From Paraspadella gotoi (taxonomy: Eukaryota > Animalia > Chaetognatha): 64,000 bases of DNA. Positions 52,867-64,000 of this stretch are shown here, piece by piece. Position 1 is the first letter of the stretch, and each line of letters starts with the position of its first letter. The position numbers were made by a program, and so were the translations under genes. The notes under the pieces were generated by a model. The model searched no databases and was not told the DNA's origin. It saw nothing but the letters and a program-made list of their open reading frames with translations. The DNA lies in the NCBI GenBank assembly GCA_051294375.1, contig CM119268.1, positions 19,258,796 through 19,322,795 of the forward strand, read 5' to 3'.

Positions 52867-53307
52867 TCATATATAGGTTATATTATTTGTTATAGCAACT
52901 TCAGATTTTGAAGTTTGCACACTAATGATAAAATCGCTAACTTTTTTATTTTATAATTCCCAGTAGTCCAGCTTGCTTACTTTCTTAGTTATGTGCTCAT
53001 CAATGCCAAATGAGAGATATTCATAAGAAAATTTTGAGGCCAAAACGCTTTAAGATAAAAATCTTATTTAACTTAAAAAAAAGTTTTGCCTCACTAACCA
53101 GGAGCCAAAAATATCTCAGCATTGAATTTTTTTTTCATTTTCCTCAAAGTTTAATTTTTTTTCTGGATCTGGAGTTCGATTTATCATTCTCTAAATGTCT
53201 CACGATTTCGGGTCTGGGCGGTAATAGAAGATAAGAGCGCTCTTCTCTCTCTCTCTCTCTGCTCTTCCATCTCTCTATCTCTCCTCTCTCTCAGTCTCTC
53301 GTCTCTC

Positions 53308-53338
<31 letters not shown>

Positions 53339-56300
53339 TCTCTCATCTCTTCCTCTTCTCGTCTTTCCTCCTCCGTCCCATGTTCTGTTTTTTCTTACTT
53401 TGTTGATTTCGAAGGTGTAGAAATCAGAGCAGTAATGGACATCTTCCATTGGCTTTGAATGGTGATATACTTTTTATTTCTTTGTTCTTCCTTTCTTCAT
53501 CTTAATTTTTTCGTCGTACTCTCTTTTCTTTTCCTTCTCTCTTTTCCTTTCTTTCTTTCTTTCTTTCTTTCTTCTTCTTTGCTTTCTTTCCTTTTCGTTT
53601 TCTTTTCTTCTCTCTTCCTGTTTATTGAGAGCTTCTGTTTCTCATCCCTTATATATGGTTCTTTCTTTTATAGTAATGATTAGAAATTTCTTCCAAGAAT
53701 ATAGTCTTTAAATTTTGTAAAAGAAAAGCCTTTTTTTAGAACTTCCTGATTTCCTGTCTACACATACACTGAAAGAAAACCTCAGAGTCAGAATCTAATT
53801 CCGATTTATTTATATCTCAAGGTAGGTCTGATTAATGCGAAATTTTTGCACGGAGACCCTGTCCGCGAATCACTACAATTGACCGTAACACCCAAAATGA
53901 AATGAGAAGACCTTTGCCAGGATTACAAGAAAATACAACTATATTATATATAAAGAAAACTGCATACCATGAGGTATTTATTTTAGCCTTTTCTTTTTCA
54001 GTAATCGTTGCTTTTTTTTCCTTAATTATAGCATCTATTATATATAAAGCGATATTAACATAATCTCCTTGAAATTGTTTATATTTACTATTTTTCTCTA
54101 ATTACTTTTGCATAAATATAAAGCTTTTTAGAGAGAATAAGTGGTCTTACATATACTTAAAATTGAGTTCAACCCCTAATTTCTTGAAAAAAACATGAAA
54201 AAAATGCCAGCTATCGGATCAACAACAAGAAAAAAAAAAATAAGAGAAAGAGTATTTATTAGGTTAATTAAAAGGGCTGTTGTAGCCTCATAAAGCGCTA
54301 GCAGGGGTCTGATTACGAACCGGAGAGGATTGGTTACTCTAAAATCTTCTAAAAAGCTTGTTCTTGTTTTTTTTTTTTCAAATTATTCGTGTCAATACAA
54401 GAACTCGATAATTATTTCTAATTTTTTTAAGTGTGATTAACGCATATTTGTAATCACTGATAGAGTAATATTTCGAAGGAAAAATTCTTAAATGGTCTCT
54501 TTTAAAGTTAGTATTAAACGCTATAGTTAATTTAATTTTTTTTTATAAATTAATAGGCATGTAAAACTATTCGACTGACTTTATCCTTCTAAAAACTTAA
54601 GTTTTTTTAAAAGATTCACTACCTTAAAAACAAACGTGCAAACTTCATACATAAAATTTTTCGTTCTTTTACATCTCCATCATAATTTTGCAGAAAATGT
54701 TTTTATTTGCCTTCAGTCTCCTTCTCAAGGTCCCGACAAATTTGTTTTTTAAATGATAAAGACACGCAGCCACATGTTTCCGGCTTTATGCCATTCCATA
54801 CGCCTCATTCTCCTTTTTCTAGTCTTAGCGCTCTCTCATCCTAACATCATTGACGACCAAATAGCCTGTACGAAAACGATTATCATTATAATCCATATTT
54901 ATTGATACTGACATTTGTTAACACACAAAGATATATCATTATGTCAAATGATACCTTCCCACATTATCTCCAGATTTTTGGCAACATCCATTACGCACTA
55001 GAAATATAATTTTTTATTCAATCAACTGGCTAATCTTCTTTCAGCAATAATTCAGAGGCTTAAGTGTGTATCCTACGTGTTTTAGCACAGGTTTTAACAT
55101 GCTTGAGGTAATTTGTAATTTAGGTTGTCTACATAAGTAAAGGGAACCTCCATCTTTACCGATCAACAAGGCTTGTTGGTTACGTGCATATCCCCCAACC
55201 TTCGGAAAGTTAACAGATGGGAAAAGTTTTATGGGCGACATGATAGCTTCAAAAGGTATCATCTCGCTTGGCCCTCCTTTGGATACTCACAGCGGAGCGT
55301 TATGGCTAGGGGAACGGACCTCTACGTGTGGATGCTAGGATAGAAATTTCTTTATATCTTTTCTAATCCTAAAATTTTCAATTCCTAGACCTTTAGTCAA
55401 AAACTTTTCTTCTTCATTAAATAAAATATTTGCTTAACATACTTCATTCTCGTTTGATCTCCGCTTTACACTTTTTTCGTTTGTATTTTTCGATCGAAAT
55501 TTTGCCAAAAGCATCAAATTAATATTCAGAGAATCTCTTGCCATTAAACGACACTGACAAAAATCAATTTGGTTACAAACTTTTATTCAGTAATTTTCTT
55601 CTCTTTCTTATTAACATTCAAAATTTTTTTATTATAAAATTCTATTATAATGTGCTAATTATTAAACGAGAAGTTCAAACCACCAAGTGTTAATAATCTT
55701 TCGGCTAAAGTTAAATTAATTAACAACTTGATACCTAATATTTATTATTATTAATAAAAAATAGATAATTTAATAGGAATTTATCGAAAATTAATTTTCC
55801 AATACACACAATGAATCTAGTACTATAATCAGGATTAGTTATTCTTTCAAAATTAAATGTTTTACTAAATGATATACTTTCCGTATTTTCGCCTAACGTG
55901 TCTCTGCATTGTTAGATTTCTAGTTGAGAAAACACAACATTTATTACAACAGTTTATTACTGAAAACAGTAAAAACACCTCTAATATATGTCTTTTTCAC
56001 AAACTTATTGTATACTCTTAAAGATCACCAATTATTTTTATTAAATAAGACAAAGTTATTTGTATACACCAGTTACACCAAAATACCTATTACATCTAAT
56101 ATTCCCGTAATCACAATCAATTTATACTCCAGTACTACTATCTTATATTTCATAAAATTATAATTTTTTAAATTACAAATTATATCTTATATATTACTAA
56201 ATTATAATATTTTCTTATATAGTATATTCTACGTAAACATTTTTTAATAGTAATATCCGAATTATTATTTTCTAATTTTAAAGTTTTTAATTATTCCTTT

Positions 56301-57558
56301 AACTAATTATATTTTATGTGATTCAAAATTTTACAAATTAATACCTTGGCTATTGGATCCTACAGAAGTTCTTTCTAACGGGTTCTCTCTCCAGTTTTAA
56401 AAAAACACATTATTAAAATTAATTGATTAACTTTAATAGGAGCTGTTGGTACGTCTCGCCACTCATCAGATTCATATTAAAGCATATGCAATATACTTTC
56501 CCATTACCATCAATTAAACTAAATTAAGTTATCACTTTAAAAAATTAACCTAAACCTTATACATTTCTTTACATTATTCATAACAGAAAAAAAATCTATA
56601 TTAATTATCATTTATCTTCAGCTTCTATCATCGAATCAACACCTCCTTCGAGCCTTAAGCGCTAACAAAACTCTTCAATCTATTCTTTAGTGGAATGGTG
56701 TTTTTCAAACATTTTATATAGCCATAAATTAAATCATTATCCTATCGCGCCGCTGAGTCAATCATCTAACTTGATTTCTCCAAATCACAGATTATTATAC
56801 TCTTCATACAAAAGCACATATTCATCCCTGGACAATAGTCCGGCTAAAAAACTAAAAAAATGGTGATCATTTCAGTATTTTGACCATCTCTCAACTCACC
56901 AATCCCGGCTGCCGTGCGCCGTCCAAACAAATTTTTCTTTTTGTTAAAATGTGATACCAAACTGCTTTTCTAGTTTAAAACATGTAGCTGAAAAATCGCA
57001 ACTAGATGACACCTCCATGACCTCGCACACTGTGTTGTAGTCCGTAATATAATTATCGGATCTTTTGCCTCTGCAGGAGTTCACAGGAATGGTGTGTCAC
57101 TAACTTTCATTGTTATCCTCCTTTTAATTCGGATTCGTGATTATTTTGGTTACTTTTTAAATGCTCCTAAGTACACTCGGTCACACCCTCCATCAAAGTA
57201 TCCGTCTTCCTCAATCCTCATTCTCTTTCAACCTCCAACTTTTAACCTTCTATATCCCATTCCATCTTAAACCTCAACCTTATGCCTTCCCCCTCTCACT
57301 CACATCATTCGTTACCGCCAACTCTCAATAACTGCATTTCTTTTTCAGATCTCAATGCTCATCCTCCTCTCTCCTCTACAACTTCTTCTTTTCGCTCTCT
57401 TTATCTATCTCCTCCCTTCTTCTCTCTCTACTCTTTTTTCTTATTCTCTCTATTTCTGGCTCTGGCGCGTTTGGGAAGAGAAGCAAATCTGACTGCACTG
57501 GCTGGCGAGTATCTCTCAGTCTTTTTGGTCATAGTAGACAAGTGTGGAGAGAAAGAAG

Positions 57559-57589
<31 letters not shown>

Positions 57590-58759
57590 AGGAAGAGAGA
57601 GAGAGAGAAAGAGAGAGAAGGTAGGTGAGGAGAGATGAGAGAGTAGAGGCGAGAGAGAGAGCAGGGAGAAGAGGTAGAGAGAGAGAGAGAGAGTGAGAAA
57701 AAGGAGTAAGAGAAAGGGAGCGAGATTGTTCATGGATTTAAAGTTTTAAACATTACCAAGTAACATATTACAGGATAAAGAAGAAGTTAAATACGAGGAA
57801 CAAAATAACTATAGATTTTAAAAAAGAATCAGGGTACAATAACGGAATTTTTATTTTCTTCCAACAGTAGATTTCAGGCATAAATATGTAACAATGAAAT
57901 TCATTTTTCAAAGACTTAGCTGCATTTATAGGAGCACTATATACTTGAAAAGTCAGCTGAAATTTTGAAAATGTGGTGCCCTTTTAAAAGTAATGATCCG
58001 TTTTTTCTCTGTCCTTTGATGGACGACATTAAAAAAAAAAAAATGATTATTGTTATATGAAGGAAATGAAGCAGCCACGTTATAAACTTACGACTGCGAC
58101 GACAACCTTAACGGAAAGTTAAGTTTTTTTTCGCCTGTATGAGATTCTGTATTTATTCTTTTTTCCACACATCAGATCCTCTATGCGCGACAATCTAAAT
58201 AAAATATCACAGACGTTCATACATGCTACTCTATAGTCTCTAAATAGACTGTCTCTTCTATAGTCTTAACTTGCAGATCTGAGGTTATGATCCTGAAAGT
58301 ATAAGAGACCCATTTTGGATATCCTCTTTTACTTCTCTCTCATGCTGACATACAGATATTATTTAAAAAAAAAAAGTTAGATTAAAAAAGATAATACGTT
58401 TCTTTAATACAGTTTTACTAAGAGTGTGCCTGAACTGGCCTAAACTAATTAGTGTAAAATTTAAGTCAATTTAAAATATTTTATTGATATAATTTATAAA
58501 AATATATTTGAGTACCTTCGGGCTGCGTTCTGCCTTTTACCTTACAGTGCTATACACACGCTGAATGGATGAAAATAATGTGGATCAAGTGTGGAATCCC
58601 TGCTAATCTCTGCGAAAATTACGCGGAGTGTGGGATGTAAAGGGCGACGTCAGATAAACTATTTTAAATTCAGTAGCCTTAAAAAACTGGTAGGGGCGGG
58701 TCGACGCGAGATAGCCAGCTCACGTGATTCTGCCCGTTCTTCAACCGGTAGATCAGTGT

Positions 58760-59230
58760 TTACCTCACATTCGAAGTCACTCGTGCCGTTTTCCCACAGG
58801 TTGCCCCAATCATGCGGCTCCCCGCCTTCCCTCCGAAAGAACCTTCGCGTTGATAACAGAGTAAATACATTGCGGCATCGATTTCAATAGCATGTGTCAA
58901 CATCGTTCATAATCGCAATGCGCACTCGATGCAATCATAGACCGAGAGCATCACAGTCGTTGCGTCGGAGGCTACGAAGTCTTTCACCGGTCGACTAATC
59001 GTTCAATCCACAGAAATTCCTTCCAATCCCAATTTCGAGAGACTCTAGTATTTATCGAGAATTACAGTTATGTTTGCACCAGTTGGATGAAAAGTCTTAT
59101 ACGGCACGTGCACATAGGTCGTAAATATGGCGCGCCATAATTTGGGTAACGAGCTGCGTAATCCTTAATACTTCCACCATTCTCACTCGGCTCGTCCAGT
59201 TTGAGAAACATTCGTTCTTTCTCGAATGAC
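58760..59230 (-). other. Possible CUB-domain coding exon in error-rich sequence
   Basis: Minus-strand frames give GGSI...YPNYGAPY..MCT, PTGANITVIL, SLE, CRN..L.VIN and IGATCGK in CUB-like order, ending near gag|gtaaac. Several frameshifts are needed. Confidence 0.25.
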
Positions 59231-59941
59231 ATTGACTCGAAAGAGAGCTTTGAAACCGATATTCACTAGCGCCCGCGTTTGCTGCAGCGCTTTAAGACCC
59301 ACGTGCGAGAGAGAGAGAAAGTATAGAGAGAATCGAGAGAGAGAGGAAAACAGACGGAGTTTATATGAGGTAGAGGACAGAGGTACGAATTGAGTTAGAA
59401 GAGAGAAGCACAAGACGAGAAGTAAGCTACTTTATTGCATTATCCACCATCTTGCGTTAATATGTTATAATAATTGGCCAACCACATGCAACATTTTGTG
59501 CAATAGGGACACCATGCTTGTGTGCACAAAACTTTGCTGCCGGATCACGCGGCCAAGAAGAGAAGTTCTCTTCTCCTACCTCTCACTACTCACATCTACA
59601 TCGTCTACTCTCCTCTTCTAACAACTCTCTTTTCTCTGCTCAATCTCGTCATCATGCCTCTCTCTCTCTCCTATCATCTGCTGCTCGCTCTCATCCACAT
59701 CTCTAGTCTCTCACTCTCTGCTCCCTCTATCTTTATATATCAAACTTGTCTTCCTTCTTTCTCAGGTCAATCCCGAAACCCTTATTCTATTTTTATGGTC
59801 GTCGATCATATCCAATTATTGCAAAAAGAAAAGAAAGAAGCGTCTTAAGCGAAAAAGAAAAAAGACATACGAAAAATAGAAAAAAAAAATGATGGCGGAA
59901 AAGAGCCAGAGAAATAGATAGAATAAGGCAGAACAGAAGTA

Positions 59942-59976
<35 letters not shown>

Positions 59977-61374
59977 TGAGAGAGAGAGTAGTAGAGAGAG
60001 AGAAGAGGAGAGAGAAGAAGCAGAGAGAGTAGGGTGAAGAGATCGACCGAGATCTCGATGAGAAACGAGATTTTAGCATGGAGTTTCTGCGCATGAGGGA
60101 AAATTTTTTTTTTTTTTTTTTTTTTATATTTTTTATTTTTCGCGAGTCCCGTGGCCATCCGTTACTTGAGTTCCCGTGACTGTCGTTGTCCTTGTTTAAC
60201 TGTTGCTACGTCAATTGTATTTTTATTCAGGAAATATAACATGATGGGTCAAAAAGACTTCGTTTTTTTTTTCTCTTAGAAAGCGTGTGAAGTGTAAAGA
60301 TTTCCTTAAATGTCTTTCATTATATTCTTTTTTTGTAATACTTTTTCTTTTTTTTTTTTTTTTTTTTTTATCTTCTTTTATTATTCTTCGTATTTTTAAC
60401 CAAAGTTTTTTTTTGACGTCCTTTTTTTCTTTCCGTCCTTATCATCAGAGATTTTTATGTGGCTTTATCTCGTGGCGTGTGAAATCTCCACTCATGCAAT
60501 AATCCCCCGGTGGCGTGTTTTATAGGCCAAACGATCTGCGAGGCGTTGTGAAGAATGCTTTAAGATTTGTTAAAGCAACCCTTTCAAAAAAACTCAACAA
60601 ATTGATATTTTTAATGTTGGACAGGGCTTATTAGACCAATTTGGGGTGGGATATTTGATGTGTGAGGTCCGAATTGCTCAGGTTTAGTCGAAATACCGCT
60701 ATGAACTAAACCTGGATGTGGCTCCAATGAACGAGCAATTTTTCCAATCTTTTCCCTGTAACATTTTAACATACTTTAATTATATCTATTATTCTATAAA
60801 ATTTCTTTTTTAAACTATTAAGGTAAAACAGTTAAATTACACTTTTTTATTTATTATTTTTTATCCCAAACAACATTATTTATTCACATAATTTATCCAT
60901 AATTGTGACAACAAGTAACAGTTTTAAAAATACACCGGGCCGCAGATCACAGCCATTTTTTCCCATGCCTTTTGAACTTTATCACTGCACTTGTTGAAGG
61001 ATAAAGTTTTAATCAAAGATTGTATACAAATCCGCCTATCAAAAATCATATTTAACCCAATAAACACTCTTCCTGCCCTTCTCATTTAAAAATAGGCCTT
61101 AAAACCTTTTTCAGATCTCTCCTATATTTATTATTTTTTATTCACCCACTATATTATTTCTCTCCCTCCCCACGTAAATCTGATTACTCCCGACCACACA
61201 CCAATCACCGCAATCACCCGTTCTCTTACATCCCCCGTAAAAGAACAATAAAAAATAATTTTCGTCTTATTAACAACAAATGCAGCCAAAACTATTGTTT
61301 ATTTAAAATAAAAAATATTAAAGGAAACGAAATTTTTTTGCTACGCTTTAAACAGAAGCATTTATTTTTTTATA

Positions 61375-62530
61375 TAATGGAGCAAGTTTCGATCTCTAGT
61401 TTTGCCGGTTCTTTCAATGTACAGCCATTGAAAAAAGATACATTCGACAGCACTCGCTAAACTTTTTTATATTGGTTTAAAGGGAGAGAGAAGAAGGAGG
61501 GAGATATTGAGGGAAGAGAGAGGAAAGTTCAAGCAAAGAAAATTGAGGTATAAGGACAGTCGATTGGTGAGACAGATGTTAGGGGTGAAACAAGAAACGA
61601 GTAATAGTGGAGGGGAAGGGAAGGAGAGTGAAGTGAATGTAATGAAAGTATATAGAGAGGGTAAAAAAAAAGAAAGAGAGAGAAGAGAGAAGAAGAGAGA
61701 GAGAGAGAATCAAAAATATATAGGCGAATTATAACAACAAAAGTGAATAAAAAAGTGAAAAAACGAAAGTAAATAAGTATAATAAATAAATAAAATGTTA
61801 TAGTAGAGAATTGAATATTAAAATAAAAAGAAAGAAAAAAAAAAAAGTGAAAATGAAGAATAAAAGTATGATGAGGAGAAATAGACTAAGAGGTAAGTTT
61901 TAAGAGAAAAAGAATGAGAAGAGCTCAAAATAGGAACCTGGCACCCGCCTGGCCGGGCAAAAATAGGGATTATTACACAGAGGGAGAGGATAGAGCAACA
62001 GGTTCATATAGGGAAACTGTAAAAAATAGGGAGAGAGGATATTGTGTGCGGGAGTGGGATTGGGTTCCGGGGTCTGAGGCTAAAGGAATCGGCTGAAAAA
62101 AATGCCAAGTGCTACTCCGTATAAGTATCTCTGGCGCCTGATAGGCCTGCCGCAGAGAGCCCTCTTCTCACGCTCCGAATGCGTGAGAGCGAAGCAGTGT
62201 TATCTGTTCTGGCCTGTTTTGAAAGCGGAGAAGAGTACGATTCCTCTCCCTCCTCTTTGCAGCTGGTCGTTTTGGGGGCGCGCTCCAGCATCACGAGAAG
62301 AGTCGTGCCAAGTTGCCTGCAGGCTCAGGAGAGGCATCAGATGATTCAATTGGCCTGCTAGGTCTCGCCTGACCCATTGAGTGGGACAGGGGAATCCACG
62401 CGTATAGAGCTGATGTCGGCGTTGGGTTTCTCCACAGTTTTGATGTAGCGAATCTAGTCTTGGAGGGAGTTCGAATCGTAACCTCTCATCACGGTTCAGA
62501 AGAGGGTTTGGGGCTTTGATGTTTACTTAT
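61375..62530 (-). mobile_element. Second truncated Penelope-like element, homologous to 46975-47940
   Basis: Minus strand catcaaagcc...gaaccgtgatg...cgattcgaactccctccaag matches the LNRDGGRFDLPP block. Colinearity continues through gatgcctctcct, gagaagagggc and tttgagctc to a degenerate hammerhead at 61376-61429. Confidence 0.75.
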
Positions 62531-62823
62531 AGTTTTTCACGTTCTATTCCTGTTGTACATTGCCAAAATGTATTATCCTCTCATCTTTTTTTTTTATACG
62601 CAATCTCAAATTTACTCCACTCTCCTTCCTTCCTTACTTTCTCCCTGTCGCTTAACATCTGACTCAATTCTGAAGCGTTTGAAATTTTTATTGCATATCA
62701 ATTTTACTTTAATTATATATGATTTCTTTTAATATAATTAAAAAATTATCATACTGTGGATAATAGGGTCTTGGTGGAAATTTACTAGAGTTTCGTGCNN
62801 NNNNNNNNNNNNNNNNNNNNNNN

Positions 62824-64000
62824 TTTCTTTTCTTTTCTTTATATTTCCTTTTATTGTTTTTTTAAAATTTTTCTCAACTTTAAATTTCTGATTTCTTAAA
62901 AATAATAAAAACAAGTAAATCTAATTCCGATTTTATTTATTTATATATCGAATTTTTTCGACCTCGTCACTACAATTGACGGTAACCAAAGAATGCCTGC
63001 GGTTAAGATAAAAAAAAAAAAAAAACTGCAACCGCTTTTTTCCTTTAGCTTTAAGATAATCTCTTGTTTTTTTTTCTATTCTTTTAAAAAAAAAAAGAAA
63101 AGTGGTTCAACTAAATTGGATTCACCCTAACGAGAAAAAAAGGCATCGAGACGAAGAAGAAAAAAAAATAAGAGAGGTTGTAAAAGTGTCTCATAAAGGC
63201 AGTTCTAAGATTGTTACTCCCACTCTGACTCTTTCTTTTCTCTCTCTTGCATAAGCAGCGAAGCAATGAGACTAAATAGAAGAAGAAGAGAGTGACACGG
63301 AAATGATAAGAGATGTAAAGGAGATATGCGAAAAATAAAGGTGTATAATGCGAGAAAAAAGGGAAAAGGAATGCAACAGAAGAAGAGAAAGAATGAGAAG
63401 CAAACATGAAAGGAAAGTATACTAGGGATCATAAAACTAATAGGGTAAATAAGGTGTATAACTAAAATAGAGAGAGAGCAAAGCAAATTAAATGTTATAT
63501 AAAATAGACAAAAGCTATTCATGATTGTAACGAGAAATACACTTAAATTATACTAACTGTGTAAACAACATCAGAAATGTGTTCATTTATTTAATATGTG
63601 TTCGAGAGACTCGGTGGTGTTGAGAGTCTTCATTCAAGCATAAAGATGCACTTCAATGCAAGAACATTTTTCTCTTTATGTTAGATTTTTAAGAAGAAGA
63701 GAGAGAAAGAAGATGAGAGAGTAGAGAGAAGAGAGAGGAGAGAGAGAGAGATGAGCAGAGACAGCACGAGCAGAGAGTATGACAGAGATGAAGTGAACGA
63801 TGGTAAGAGGCTACGGAATTTATCGTAGAAACTGAGTGAAACAGTGAATTAAAGAACAATTATATTTGCTTTATCCACATAATCTGTCCAGAAGCAAAGG
63901 CATGATCTCCAAGATTATGATTTCGGATAAGTAGACTCTCTAGACAATTTCCATATGTTATTTCTGAGCACAACATTTATGCGCAACACTTCCAGAATAA
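62824..64000 (+). repeat. Noisy copies of earlier segments (62824-63080 resembles 53600-54030; 63250-64000 resembles 50940-51450)
   Basis: Shared aatctaattccgattt and tcactacaattgac. Also aatagggtaaa, gttgagagtcttcat and aacatttttctcttta, including a garbled copy of the 51203-51243 hammerhead at ~63590-63645. Confidence 0.75.

Overview
Eukaryotic, AT-rich, microsatellite-dense genomic DNA. An arthropod or crustacean origin is my inference. The window comes from a draft assembly with many N gaps and stretches of indel-rich, apparently unpolished long-read sequence. No intact host gene can be supported, and almost all listed ORFs are translations of simple repeats. The window is mostly a mosaic of transposable elements: a degraded BEL/Pao LTR-retrotransposon pol (18.0-20.3 kb, minus) and related gag-like pieces, two Helentron-associated (HINE/DINE-1-like) elements plus fragments, a hAT-like MITE, two tRNA-derived SINEs, a foldback-like repeat element, and several Penelope-like element (PLE) remnants. 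The clearest hidden system is a set of PLE-derived insertions carrying minimal hammerhead-ribozyme motifs. Three have inverted (hairpin) arms, a shared 3' tail and 10-12 bp target-site duplications, and all three sit inside HINE sequence. Other leads: a 2.8 kb 24-bp minisatellite that reads as (DEDDVDDD)n with in-frame unique flanks, a CCA-tailed tRNA-Leu 3' half, and a possible CUB-domain exon. Several local duplications lie next to 25-N gaps and may be assembly artefacts.
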